Counted from the first letter of the stretch, positions 13,146-25,032 are shown. The stretch is DNA of 64,000 bases from Acidimicrobiales bacterium (GCA_965214945.1 OZ244029.1:1420868-1484867), one strand, 5' to 3'. A program made the numbers and translations. The notes: generated by a model not told the origin, from the sequence alone.

Positions 13146-14516
13146 ATGGCCAACAAAGATCAGGACGCTTCGCAGCGCGGAGGCCTCAGCGGCGCGCCCG
13201 CAGCAGACGCCGATCTGGATTATGCCGCGCACATCGGTCGCCGTATCGACGCGTCCCCCTCTCCGTTCCACGCCGTAGCCGAGGCTGTCGTCCAGATCCG
13301 CGCAGCGGGCGGAAGGGTTGCGCGCAGCTCGTCGCAGGCCGCGTCGCCCGGGCTGTGGTACAGCGAGTCCGGCGGCTCGCTGACCGCCTGGTGCCTAGGC
13401 GAGGCGCACAGGGCCAACAGCGGTCTGCGGATCGTGGGCGCACACACCGACTCGCCGAACTTGCGGCTCAAGCCGCTACCCGACCGTAGCGCAGCGGGCT
13501 TCCGCCAGCTCGGGGTGGAGGTCTACGGATCGCCTCTGCTGAACTCCTGGCTCGACCGCGACCTCGGCGTCGCGGGACGTCTGGCGGTGCGCGGCGCCGG
13601 CGGTGCTCCGCGCGGCGTGCTGGTGCGTATCGACGAGCCGCTGCTGAGGGTGCCGCAGCTTGCCATCCATCTCGACCGCGGCGTCAACGACAAAGGCCTC
13701 GTGCTGAACCCTCAGCGGCATCTGAGCCCAATCTGGGGGCTAGAACGCTCTGACGCGGCGGGCTTCGTCTCGGTGGCGGCCGCAGCCGCGGGCGTTGGGT
13801 CTGCTGACGTGATCGGCCACGATCTGATGGCCTTCGATCTGGCTGAAGCCCGCCTTTCGGGCGACGCTCGGGCGATGCTGTCATCGGCCCGTATCGACAA
13901 CCTGGTGTCATGCTTCGCGTCCGTTGACGCGCTCACGGCCGTAGCGCGTGCTCTGGCCGTCGGCAGCGATGCCGGAACGGGCGGTGCGCACATTCCGATG
14001 GTGTGCCTGTTCGATCACGAGGAGGTCGGCAGCGTGTCGGCCCACGGTGCGGCCTCCGGGCGACTGCAGCGTCTGCTGGAGTTCGTGGCAGCAGGCTTCG
14101 GCGCCGACGCGGACGACGTCGCCTCATCGCGCGGCGACAGTCTGATGCTGTCCGCGGACGGCGCCCACGCCACCCATCCGAACTATCCCGAGCGTCACGA
14201 CCCCGACCATCCGGTGCTGCTGAATGGTGGCCCGGTGCTGAAGACGAACGCGTCGCAGCGCTACGCCACCGACGCCCTGAGCGGTGCCGCTTTCCGCCTC
14301 GCCTGTGAGCGGGCCGGCGTTGCGATGCAGCATTTTGTCAGCCGCGGCGACATTTCCTGCGGCACCACGATCGGGCCGGTCGTCGCGGCGCGTTTAGGGC
14401 TCGGGGTGGTTGACGCGGGCTGCGCTCAACTGGCTATGCACTCAGCGCGCGAGGTGTGCGGAAGTGCTGACATCGGCTGGTTCGCCGCAGCCCTCAAAGA
14501 GTTCCTGCTCGGTTGA
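13146..14516 (+). CDS. M18 family (aspartyl) aminopeptidase
   Basis: The ORF track gives 13023..14516. An internal ATG at 13146 (MANKDQ...) is more plausible because the upstream part looks non-coding. Conserved SPSPFHAV, GAHTDSP, DHEEVGS and AHATHPNYPE blocks are characteristic of M18 peptidases. Confidence 0.8.
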   Translation: MANKDQDASQRGGLSGAPAADADLDYAAHIGRRIDASPSPFHAVAEAVVQIRAAGGRVARSSSQAASPGLWYSESGGSLTAWCLGEAHRANSGLRIVGAHTDSPNLRLKPLPDRSAAGFRQLGVEVYGSPLLNSWLDRDLGVAGRLAVRGAGGAPRGVLVRIDEPLLRVPQLAIHLDRGVNDKGLVLNPQRHLSPIWGLERSDAAGFVSVAAAAAGVGSADVIGHDLMAFDLAEARLSGDARAMLSSARIDNLVSCFASVDALTAVARALAVGSDAGTGGAHIPMVCLFDHEEVGSVSAHGAASGRLQRLLEFVAAGFGADADDVASSRGDSLMLSADGAHATHPNYPERHDPDHPVLLNGGPVLKTNASQRYATDALSGAAFRLACERAGVAMQHFVSRGDISCGTTIGPVVAARLGLGVVDAGCAQLAMHSAREVCGSADIGWFAAALKEFLLG

Positions 14517-14559
14517 GCGTGGGCACCGGCTCAGCCGACCGCCGATGCCCGGCTGAGCG

Positions 14560-14593
14560 GCCTGGTCGCGGCGGATGCCTGGTCGCGGCGGAT
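14560..14593. repeat. 17-bp perfect tandem duplication (gcctggtcgcggcggat x2) in a convergent intergenic region
   Basis: Read directly from the sequence. It is flanked by repeated cgccgatgcc and ggctgagc motifs and by an imperfect hairpin, ggctcagcc-N14-ggctgagc(g), at about 14527-14559. Confidence 0.85.
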
Positions 14594-14677
14594 ATTGCGG
14601 ACGTGCTCTAGCGGCCGAGCGCCGATGCCTGCTGATGCTGGGATGTTCGGCTGAGCAAGGCTGGTCTGGGTCAGGCC

Positions 14678-16240
14678 TCAGCGGGCGATCAGCGAGCCGA
14701 GGCGGCGCAGTGACAACACAGCTATCAGCATCAGCGACATGATCTCCAGCCTGCCGACCACCATCAACAGCGCCAGGACCAGCCTCGCCGGCTGGCTGAA
14801 CGCCTCGGAGTAGCTGCCCGTCGGTCCGGCCTCGCCGAGCGCCGGGCCCATATTGCCCAGAGCGGAGACCACTGCTCCCAGCGCCGTCTCCAGCTGCGCG
14901 CCAAACGCCGAGAGCACCAACAGCCCGGCCAGCAGCAGCAGCAGATGCAATAGGAAGAATCCGACCACGCGGGTGACGACCTCCTCGCGGATCGTCACCC
15001 GGCCGAGCCTCACAATCCGCACCGCATTAGGGCTGCGGGCGAAGCCGACGGAGCGCACGGCCACGATGCCCAGAACCTGCATTCGCATGATCTTCATGCC
15101 CCCTGCGGTCGATCCGGTGCATCCGCCGACGATCATCAAGAACAGCAGCACGAACTGGGCGCCTGCCGCCCAGATCACGTAGTCGCCCGCCGTGCCCGGC
15201 CCGGTCGCGTTGCCGTAGCCGGTGCTGGTGCCCAACGAGACAGTGTTGAACACTCCGGCACGCAACGCCGAGCCCAGCTCGAGACCATCTTCGAGCCACA
15301 GCAACGCGACCACCAGCACACAGGCAACTGCGAGAACTCCCATGTAGGAGCGGAACTCGCTGTCACGCCAGTGGATCCAGACCCTTCCGGTGAGCGCTCT
15401 CCAGTGCAGAGAAAAGCTGGCGCCCCCCAAGATCATGAAAGGCACGACCGCCGCCTCCACCCAGGGACTCTGAAAATGCCCTATGGAGCTGGCATAAGGC
15501 GAGAAGCCCCCGTTTGACGCCAGGGTGAGCGCGTGCGCTACGGAGTCGTACAACGAAGGACCCGGCACTGCGAACAGCACGAGAGCGGCGGAGGCCGTGA
15601 GACCGATGTAAACGCCCCAGAGCCTGCGGGCAGTCTCGCTGACCCGAGGCGCGAGCCTGTCCGAGTGCGGTCCGGGCGCCTCCGCGGCGATCAATTCCAG
15701 CCCACCTACACCAAGGAATGGCAGCACCGCCACAGCCAGCACTACCACACCCATCCCGCCGTACCACTGGGTGACCTGGCGGTACATCATCAGCCCCCTA
15801 CCGGGGCTGGAGAAGTCAACTAGCGCCGTCGCGCCTGTGCCCGAGTACCCTGAGACCGACTCGAACAGACTGTTCACTATCTGATCGACGAGGCCGGCGC
15901 CGCTTACGGCGAATGTCCCGGCCAGGACAAACGGCAGGCAGCCGACCAGCATGGTCGCCGCCCAGGTCCAGCCGACCGTCGTGAACACCTGGTGGTTGCG
16001 CGGCTCCCCCGACGAAGTGAAGTACCAGAGAACGCCGCCGAGCGCTGATGCGGCGAGCCCCGACACGGCGAGGGCCAATGTGTCGGTGTTGGTTGTGGCC
16101 AGCTCCACAACGGCGCACAAGAGCATCGCCAGCGAGACGGAGGTCAAAGTGATCCCGGTGACGTGCAGCGCAGCGGACGTGACACGCGCGCGACGCGCCA
16201 ACAGCGCGCTGGGGTGTTCGGCCTGCAGGCGCTTAGGCAT
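14678..16240 (-). CDS. trkH: TrkH-family potassium uptake membrane protein
   Basis: 520-aa polytopic protein with four filter-like repeats (SGYSGTGA, ASNGGFSP, LGTSTGYG, SALGNMGPALG). Last gene of the trkA operon. Confidence 0.85.
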   Translation of the reverse strand: MPKRLQAEHPSALLARRARVTSAALHVTGITLTSVSLAMLLCAVVELATTNTDTLALAVSGLAASALGGVLWYFTSSGEPRNHQVFTTVGWTWAATMLVGCLPFVLAGTFAVSGAGLVDQIVNSLFESVSGYSGTGATALVDFSSPGRGLMMYRQVTQWYGGMGVVVLAVAVLPFLGVGGLELIAAEAPGPHSDRLAPRVSETARRLWGVYIGLTASAALVLFAVPGPSLYDSVAHALTLASNGGFSPYASSIGHFQSPWVEAAVVPFMILGGASFSLHWRALTGRVWIHWRDSEFRSYMGVLAVACVLVVALLWLEDGLELGSALRAGVFNTVSLGTSTGYGNATGPGTAGDYVIWAAGAQFVLLFLMIVGGCTGSTAGGMKIMRMQVLGIVAVRSVGFARSPNAVRIVRLGRVTIREEVVTRVVGFFLLHLLLLLAGLLVLSAFGAQLETALGAVVSALGNMGPALGEAGPTGSYSEAFSQPARLVLALLMVVGRLEIMSLMLIAVLSLRRLGSLIAR

Positions 16241-17837
16241 CGCGGCGCTGATCTCTGATAGGCGCTCGCCGCGGTCGGTGTTCGGCCCGGTTTTTACGAA
16301 CGGTTTCCGACAGGCGAAACGCCCGCCAGCGGAGACGACGCGCCAGCCGTACGGTTGCCCGGCGGCCTCTCAAAATGAAGCCGAGAACGGCCAGCACCGG
16401 CAGAATGGCGGCCCGGCCTGTGAGCATTAGCGGCACCAGCACCGCCCGGCTCGGCCATTCGAGGCCTTCAAGGTGGCCAAATGCGCCGATCTCCCCCACG
16501 GCAGGGCCGAGCGTGGAAGCGGCGCTAACCGCCGCCCAAAGGCTATCGGCGAGCGAGAGCCCGGTCACGCCCAGCAGCACCGCCCCGAACCCCACCAGCG
16601 CGATGTGGGATATCGAGTAGCCTCCGACCCTGTCTAGGGTTCGGTCCGGAACGGATTGGCCGCTGCGGTGCACCAGCAGAACGGTATGAGGGCTGAGCTG
16701 CCTGAGCAGCTCGCGCTTGGCGTATTTGAACAGAAGCTGGACGCGCAACACCCGCACCCCCCCGCTGACTGAGCCGAGCATCGACCCGATCCCGGCGGCG
16801 ACCAACAGCGCCGCTGTGGCCGACGCGGACCATGTCGTCCAGTCGCCAGCGGCGTATCCGGTGGTGCTGATCACCGAAGCCGCCGTGAACAGCGCCTCGC
16901 CTGGCCCGGCATCGCCCGTCATGGCCACCGCCGCCGCGATCAGAGCAACGAGCATGCCGTAGACGCGCAGCTCGCGTGAGCGCGCCAGTGGTCTGAGGCT
17001 GCCGCGCAAGGCCCACCACAACACGAACACGCTCGTGCCCGCTATGAGCATTCCGATGGTGGCCACCGCCTTAACATCCGCGCCATAGCCCGCCAAAGAA
17101 TCCGGACGCGGCGAGAAACCTCCCGTGGATGCCGTGCCCAGGCCCACGACCACGGCTTCGGTGATCTCAAGGCCAGCGGCAGCGTAGGCCAGTACGCAGG
17201 CAGCGGAGAACCCGCAGTAGAGCGCCGCCACGCGGTGGATGCCTACTCGGGCGTTGGGCACGAGGCTGCGGCCCTGGTGCGGTGACACGTACGCGAGCAG
17301 GGCGCTGTCTCGCAGCGCCAGCGGAAGCGTAATGACGGTGAGCGTGATCGCGACCAGTCCGCCGACCCAGCTCGTTGCGGCGCGCCACAGCAGCTGGGAG
17401 CGTGAAAGCTCCGCTGCCTCCAGCCCGGTGACTGCCGTAGTGGTGAACCCCGCCGCCGCCTCCACTATCGCGCTGCTAAGGGTGGACACTGTTCCCGTTC
17501 CCATGTAAATCGCCGTGCCGACAGCGGTCAACAGCAGCCAGATGAGGCCGATGCCGGTGATAACATTGCGCGCGGTGGGACGCGTCGGCCGGCTGACGCG
17601 TAGTCGCGCCAGCGCCGCGGCCGAAGTCAGGGCCGCGCCCGCTGCGCCGAATGAGACGGCGTCAGAATTGTCGTCGCCCGCCCCGGCCAGCCCGCATGCC
17701 AGCGCGACGACGCCCAGCAGGAGCAGCGTGTCGAGAGCCGCCGCCAGGACCCACGAAGAGATGTTGCCCGAGGTGGAACCGGACGACCCTGAGAAGCGGA
17801 TCCTGCCGCTCGCCAGGCGCCGGTCTAGTCGGCGCAC
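16233..17837 (-). CDS. Second, divergent TrkH-family membrane protein
   Basis: 534-aa polytopic protein with TrkH-like repeats (AAGFTTT, TASTGGFSP, VISTTGY, AASTLGPAVG). Overlaps trkA by 13 nt and the downstream trkH by 8 nt. Confidence 0.7.
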   Translation of the reverse strand: MRRLDRRLASGRIRFSGSSGSTSGNISSWVLAAALDTLLLLGVVALACGLAGAGDDNSDAVSFGAAGAALTSAAALARLRVSRPTRPTARNVITGIGLIWLLLTAVGTAIYMGTGTVSTLSSAIVEAAAGFTTTAVTGLEAAELSRSQLLWRAATSWVGGLVAITLTVITLPLALRDSALLAYVSPHQGRSLVPNARVGIHRVAALYCGFSAACVLAYAAAGLEITEAVVVGLGTASTGGFSPRPDSLAGYGADVKAVATIGMLIAGTSVFVLWWALRGSLRPLARSRELRVYGMLVALIAAAVAMTGDAGPGEALFTAASVISTTGYAAGDWTTWSASATAALLVAAGIGSMLGSVSGGVRVLRVQLLFKYAKRELLRQLSPHTVLLVHRSGQSVPDRTLDRVGGYSISHIALVGFGAVLLGVTGLSLADSLWAAVSAASTLGPAVGEIGAFGHLEGLEWPSRAVLVPLMLTGRAAILPVLAVLGFILRGRRATVRLARRLRWRAFRLSETVRKNRAEHRPRRAPIRDQRRDA

Positions 17838-19177
17838 GCAAACTTCCGGCTGACCTCGTCTACCGAGTTCGGCATCGCGAACACCACCAGATGATCGCGG
17901 CCGCGCAGGCGGCTGAATCCCCGAGCAATCCGGGGCTTGCCGTCGCGCACGATTGCGCCGACAAGTACATCCTTGGGCAGTCTCAGGTCTTTGACCTGCC
18001 GACCATCGGCGAGGCAGTCCTTCGCGACCTCGATCTCCAGCACCTCGGCGTCGGTTTGAAGGAACGTCGCAACCGCGGCGACATCACCCCTGACGAAGCG
18101 CAGCACGCCGTTGGCCGTGGCGGTGCGCGGCGAGAGCGCCACATCCACGCCAGCTGACCGCAACAGCGGCAGCAGCTCGAGCTTGTGCACTACTGCGATG
18201 GTCTCAGAGGCGCCCGCGGCCTTGGCGTAGATGCATGCGAGGATGTTGGACTCGTCTTCACCGGTGAGGGCGGCCACCGTGTCAAAGCGGCTGATCTCTG
18301 CCTCCTCAAGCACGTCGGCGTCGGTTATCTCGCCGTGAAGGATCGTGGCGTCGTTCAGGTGCTCGGCGAGTTCTACGGCACGCCCGAGGTTGCGCTCGAC
18401 TATGAGCACTTCCACTCCCCTGCCCGCGAGGCGCTGCGCGAGTATCTCGGCGGTGCGGCCGCCGCCGAGTAGCAGCATGCGGCGCGTGGCGATTCCACTG
18501 AGCCCGAGCAGCTTGGTCATCCTGCGCCGGAAGCGCCGCTTGCAGACCACGCGCACCAGGTCACCCTCGAGGAGACGGGCATCCTCGCGCGGGATGATCG
18601 ACTCGGCTCCCCGTGAGATCGAGCCGACGATGAAGTCCCAATCGGGCTCGTAGTCTCGGGCGATCTCCGAGAGCTTGCGCCCCGTCAGCGACGAGGCCAA
18701 CGTGAGCCGGGCGCCTATGACGATGGCCTCGCCGTGGCCCATCACGTTGATCTCGGAGGCGCCCGGGTAGTCGAGCAGGTCAAGAATGCAACCTGCGGTC
18801 TCGTTGTCAGGGTCGATCACGAGGTCGGCGCCGAACGCGTCGCGCATCGCGGCAGTGGCTCGGCTGCGGAGTTCGGAGGCTTCAATTCGCACGATGGTGC
18901 GGTTGACGCCGTTCTGCTTGGCTACCAGCGACGCCACCAGGTTCACCTCGTCGTTGCTGGTGACAGCGACGACCAGCTCACAGGCGTCGAGACCTGCCTC
19001 CCTCAGGATGCTGGGGTGGGTTCCGCTGCCCTCCACCGCGAGTACGTCCAGGTCTGAGCCCACCTTGCGCAGACGCGCCGCGTCTACTTCCACCACCGAG
19101 ATGTCGTGCCCCTCGCGGCTTAGGCGATCTGCGACGTAGGAGCCCACTTCCCCGGCCCCGACGACGATGATCTTCAC
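17825..19177 (-). CDS. trkA: Trk system potassium uptake protein TrkA (double RCK/NAD-binding)
   Basis: 450 aa with a GTG start. It has two Rossmann repeats, KIIVVGAGEVGSYVA and MLLLGGGRTAEILA, each followed by an RCK_C-like segment. Confidence 0.9.
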   Translation of the reverse strand: MKIIVVGAGEVGSYVADRLSREGHDISVVEVDAARLRKVGSDLDVLAVEGSGTHPSILREAGLDACELVVAVTSNDEVNLVASLVAKQNGVNRTIVRIEASELRSRATAAMRDAFGADLVIDPDNETAGCILDLLDYPGASEINVMGHGEAIVIGARLTLASSLTGRKLSEIARDYEPDWDFIVGSISRGAESIIPREDARLLEGDLVRVVCKRRFRRRMTKLLGLSGIATRRMLLLGGGRTAEILAQRLAGRGVEVLIVERNLGRAVELAEHLNDATILHGEITDADVLEEAEISRFDTVAALTGEDESNILACIYAKAAGASETIAVVHKLELLPLLRSAGVDVALSPRTATANGVLRFVRGDVAAVATFLQTDAEVLEIEVAKDCLADGRQVKDLRLPKDVLVGAIVRDGKPRIARGFSRLRGRDHLVVFAMPNSVDEVSRKFACAD

Positions 19178-19302
19178 GTTGCTGTTCTAGCAGCGTCTCA
19201 GACAGCGGGCCTTGGTGCTGTGACGCCTCCGCAGGTTGAGCGCATCAGGCGGGCTTCAAATCCCGTGCGGTGCCGAGGTTGCGGGTTGAGGTCGCGGCGA
19301 GG

Positions 19303-19908
19303 TCAGCCGAATGTCTCCACGCGCCCCGACGACGTAAACATGCCCGCATCGGTCACCACAGCGTCGAGGGCGACGTCCCAGGGTTCCGTCGGCACTTTCT
19401 CGACCTGTTGGAATTCGTAGGCGATTCCGATGGCCACGGGCCTTCGGCCGAAAGCTGACGCTGCCGCCAGCGCGCGGTCGTAGAAGCCACCGCCCTGCCC
19501 AACGCGTTGACATCGTTCGTCGAAAGCCGTCAGAGGCACGAGCACCACGTCGTGATCCGCCAGGGCGACTGTCTCGCCGTCGATCGGCTCGGGTATTCCG
19601 AACGATCCTCGTGAGAAGGTCTGGCCTCTGTGGCGGGCCACGAACTCCAGTTCCTCCCCCGTGACGCGGGGGAAGGTGAACACGGCCGCCAGCTCGGATT
19701 CCGTCAGCGTGTCCAAGGGAATCTCGCCGCGCACAGCCTTGTAGGCGGCCAGGCGCCGTCCCGCGGAGATGACGGCCAAACGAGCGAGCGTCTCACAGGC
19801 AGCGGCGCCGGCTTCCGCCACTGCGGAGCGGTCAAGACGCCGGCGACGGGCTCGCATTAGCGCGCGGATTCGGGCTTTGGCCTCTGCTGGGTCAGCGTTC
19901 GCTTCCAC
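19303..19908 (-). CDS. 5-formyltetrahydrofolate cyclo-ligase
   Basis: 201 aa. Typical length and a C-terminal GQGGGFYDR motif. Confidence 0.8.
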   Translation of the reverse strand: MEANADPAEAKARIRALMRARRRRLDRSAVAEAGAAACETLARLAVISAGRRLAAYKAVRGEIPLDTLTESELAAVFTFPRVTGEELEFVARHRGQTFSRGSFGIPEPIDGETVALADHDVVLVPLTAFDERCQRVGQGGGFYDRALAAASAFGRRPVAIGIAYEFQQVEKVPTEPWDVALDAVVTDAGMFTSSGRVETFG

Positions 19909-20020
19909 GCGGGTCAGGCTAAAGGCCTAGAGCGCTAGGCTGCCGCTCGCCCTGCGGAGGGACGCGCGGGCACCGGCCCTGCGTCTGGCCCACCGCCCGT
20001 CCCCCACTCCAGGAGCGCGC

Positions 20021-22180
<2,160 letters not shown>

Positions 22181-22225
22181 GCAAGCGCCCGCAGTTCCGC
22201 GCACTCCTGCGGCGGGCCGCGTCGC

Positions 22226-23014
22226 CTACAGGATCACCGCGCTGACGGTGGCGTTGTCGGCGGCTGACCCCGCGGCCGCCACCGCAGTGGCCGTCAGCTG
22301 CTCCACAAGCGCATCGATGTCGCCTCCGACAGTCTCGCGGGTCGCCTGAACGCTCTCGGCGAACGTCTCGTCGCGGTTGTGCCTTGTAAGAGAAACCCAG
22401 ACGCCGTCGGTGGCGCAGATCACCAGGCAGCCCGACGGGCTCTCCGGTAGCGCCACCGAGCAGACGTCGGGCGCCATGAAGGGATAGTCGCCGACACACT
22501 TTGACAAGTACCCCTCCGCGGTGTTGTGGGCGATGCTGGAGAACAGCAGATCGCCGTCCGGAGCCATCACATACGCGCGGCTGTCGCCGGTGTTGGCGAT
22601 CTTGAGGCCCCCGTCAGCACTCCATGTGGCGACCGTGAGCGTCGTGGCGGGCTGGGGGACCCACCACAGCGCAGCATTCTGGCCGGTATCCGCAAAGAGG
22701 TTCTCGTCGCGTGATCGAAGCAGATCGACCTCGTCGAACGCCGCGCGAAAAAGCGCCACGAGGTCGTCGTCAGTTGCGCCTTGGCCATCGGTGGGAGCGA
22801 AGCGCCTGACAGCTTTCACCGCAGCCGCCGAGGCTTCGGCTCCCCGCGGATGGCCTCCCAGCCCGTCGGCCACGCAGATCAGCCAACCAAGCGTGAAGGC
22901 GCCCTCAAGGTCGTCGCAGCTCCACTTCACCACCGTGTGGGAGTCCTGATTCTCGCGGCGGCAGCCACGCTCTGAGCGGGCCGCGTAGCGCAGTCCGGGG
23001 TCAGGGGATTCCAC
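22226..23014 (-). CDS. PP2C-family protein Ser/Thr phosphatase
   Basis: Motifs [21 protein letters not shown] and ICATDGVW. The ORF track extends to 23224, but the first 70 residues are Arg-rich and look non-coding. A GTG at 23014 (VESPDPG...) is proposed as the start. Confidence 0.7.
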   Translation of the reverse strand: MESPDPGLRYAARSERGCRRENQDSHTVVKWSCDDLEGAFTLGWLICVADGLGGHPRGAEASAAAVKAVRRFAPTDGQGATDDDLVALFRAAFDEVDLLRSRDENLFADTGQNAALWWVPQPATTLTVATWSADGGLKIANTGDSRAYVMAPDGDLLFSSIAHNTAEGYLSKCVGDYPFMAPDVCSVALPESPSGCLVICATDGVWVSLTRHNRDETFAESVQATRETVGGDIDALVEQLTATAVAAAGSAADNATVSAVIL

Positions 23015-23291
23015 TGCGGGCGGGGCTCCAGCTGTCGGCGCTACGCGGGCGTGCACTGCGCCGGCAGTGTCGTCTGGCGCGGTTCTTGATGAGACCTTAT
23101 GGCGAAATCGGAGATGAGGTCTGCGATTGTCACGAGCATCGGCGAACGGGCAGTGTAACGGCGAGGCTCGAGGCGCCCTTCGACGGAGCCGCCCCGACCG
23201 CAGCCTTGCGCCGGCTGTCGGCAATCCCCTGCGCGCATACGGGTGTTGTTAGCATCACTGCCAAGCGGCACAGACGCGGGAGCGGGTTGCG

Positions 23292-24206
23292 ATGGCCTCA
23301 CACACGGTCTCAGAACTGTTCGACCCGAGCGCGTGGCGGCCCGTTGCCGGCTTTGACGATCTCACCGATGTGACATACCACCGGGCGGTGGACCAGGCGA
23401 CGGTAAGAATTGCGCTGAATCGCCCCGAAGTGCGAAACGCTTTTCGGCCGCACACTGTCGACGAGCTGTTCGGATGCCTCGACCACGCCCGCATGAGCGC
23501 GAACGTGGGATGCGTTCTGCTGACCGGCAACGGCCCGTCCCCGCGCGATGGCGGCTGGGCGTTCTGTTCCGGCGGCGACCAGCGCATCCGTGGCCGTGAT
23601 GGCTACCGGTATGCCAGCGGCGCTACGGGCGACACTATCGACCCGGCCCGCTCGGGCCGGCTTCACATCCTCGAAGTGCAGCGTCTAATCCGCATGATGC
23701 CCAAGGTCGTGGTCGCGGTCGTTCCGGGCTGGGCAGCGGGGGGCGGCCACAGCCTGCACGTTGTCGCAGACCTGACGCTGGCGAGCGCCGAGCACGCCCG
23801 CTTCAAGCAGACCGATACCGACGTCGCCAGTTTCGACGGGGGCTTTGGCTCCGCCTACCTGGCCAGGCTCGTGGGGCAGAAGTTCGCCCGCGAGATCTTC
23901 TTCCTAGGGCGGGAGTACAGCGCCGACCAGGCTCACCAGATGGGCATGGTCAACGCCGTGGTCGCCCACGCCGAGCTTGAGGCCACCGCCCTGCAATGGG
24001 CTGCGGAGATCAACTCCAAGAGCCCGACCGCGCAGCGCATGGTGAAGTTCGCTCTCAACCTCGTAGACGACGGGCTGATCGGCCAGCAGGTCTTCGCCGG
24101 TGAGGCGACGCGTCTGGCGTACATGACCGATGAGGCGGCAGAAGGGCGAGACTCTTTCCTGGAAAAGCGCCGCCCCGACTGGTCGGCGTTCCCGTGGCAC
24201 TACTGA
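23292..24206 (+). CDS. menB: 1,4-dihydroxy-2-naphthoyl-CoA synthase
   Basis: 304-aa crotonase fold. Blocks IALNRPEVRNAF, FCSGGDQ, GWAAGGGH and a C-terminal FLEKRRPDWSAFP are typical of MenB. Confidence 0.9.
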   Translation: MASHTVSELFDPSAWRPVAGFDDLTDVTYHRAVDQATVRIALNRPEVRNAFRPHTVDELFGCLDHARMSANVGCVLLTGNGPSPRDGGWAFCSGGDQRIRGRDGYRYASGATGDTIDPARSGRLHILEVQRLIRMMPKVVVAVVPGWAAGGGHSLHVVADLTLASAEHARFKQTDTDVASFDGGFGSAYLARLVGQKFAREIFFLGREYSADQAHQMGMVNAVVAHAELEATALQWAAEINSKSPTAQRMVKFALNLVDDGLIGQQVFAGEATRLAYMTDEAAEGRDSFLEKRRPDWSAFPWHY

Positions 24207-24297
24207 TACCTGCGGCGGTTGCGAAGACGATCGCAGCCGTCCGGCGATGGGAATTCACCGACTGCGATCCTAAACGCGAGCCGGCGGCGATGATCCC

Positions 24298-24960
24298 GTG
24301 ACGGTGAGGATCGCGCCGTCGATGCTGGCTGCCGACGCCGCCCGGCTCGGAGCGGAGTGCGCAGCCATCTCCGATGCCGGCGCCGACCGAGTGCACTGGG
24401 ACGTGATGGACGGGGTGTTCGTGCCCAACCTCACCTTCGGTCCCGACGTCGTGGCCGCTTGCCGGGAGCACACCAGTTTGCGCTTTGAGGCTCACCTCAT
24501 GGTAGTGCGACCCGACGAACTCGCCCCGAGATATATTGAAGCAGGCTGTGACACAGTGATGATCCATGTAGAGACCTGCCCTCACCTTCATCGTTCGCTG
24601 ACCGCGATCTCCGATGCTGGCGCCCGCGCTGGGGTGGTGCTGAACCCTCACACACCGGCGTCGGCGGTTGGCGAGGTGATCACACTGGTAAAGCAAGTGC
24701 TGGTGATGACCGTGAACCCGGGCTTTGGAGGCCAGAGCTACATAGCCGCGGTAGAATCAAAGATTGCTGAGGTCCGGCGCATGATTGACCGCTGTGATGC
24801 CGAGATCGACTTGGAGGTCGACGGCGGAATCGGCGCAGGCACCGTCGCCGCGGCGGCATCTGCCGGCGCGAACGTAATGGTCGCGGGCTCTGCAGTGTTC
24901 AGCCATCCCGCAGGCCCTGCGGCCGCGATCGCTGAACTCAAGGCTGCCGCGGCACGCTGA
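24298..24960 (+). CDS. rpe: Ribulose-phosphate 3-epimerase
   Basis: 220 aa with a GTG start. Motifs IAPSMLAAD, HWDVMDGVFVPN, MTVNPGFGGQ and VDGGI. Confidence 0.92.
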   Translation: MTVRIAPSMLAADAARLGAECAAISDAGADRVHWDVMDGVFVPNLTFGPDVVAACREHTSLRFEAHLMVVRPDELAPRYIEAGCDTVMIHVETCPHLHRSLTAISDAGARAGVVLNPHTPASAVGEVITLVKQVLVMTVNPGFGGQSYIAAVESKIAEVRRMIDRCDAEIDLEVDGGIGAGTVAAAASAGANVMVAGSAVFSHPAGPAAAIAELKAAAAR

Positions 24961-24963
24961 GAA

Positions 24964-24995
24964 CCCGGGCTGCCGTCCGGCCCGGGCTGCCGTCC
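24964..24995. repeat. 17-bp-period tandem duplication (cccgggctgccgtcc[gg] x2) between the convergent rpe and clpP genes
   Basis: Read directly. The second copy runs into a small hairpin, ctgcc-gtcca-ggcag. It may act as a bidirectional terminator. Confidence 0.8.
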
Positions 24996-25032
24996 AGGCA
25001 GTGAGGTTCGGACTTTGTGGTGCTCCGATGGC

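Noticed and set aside
14560-14593. CRISPR-like arrays at the short tandem repeats (also 24964-24995, 60727-60794 and 34756-34862)
   Set aside because: Each has only two copies. The units are directly adjacent or have a single spacer, and no cas genes are present. They are local duplications, not CRISPR arrays.
19241-19275. tRNA-like T-arm fragment (ggcgggcttcaaatcccgtgcgg) suggesting a tRNA or att remnant
   Set aside because: The best pairing (gcggg/cccgt) leaves a non-canonical 8-nt loop. No acceptor, D or anticodon arm can be built on either strand.
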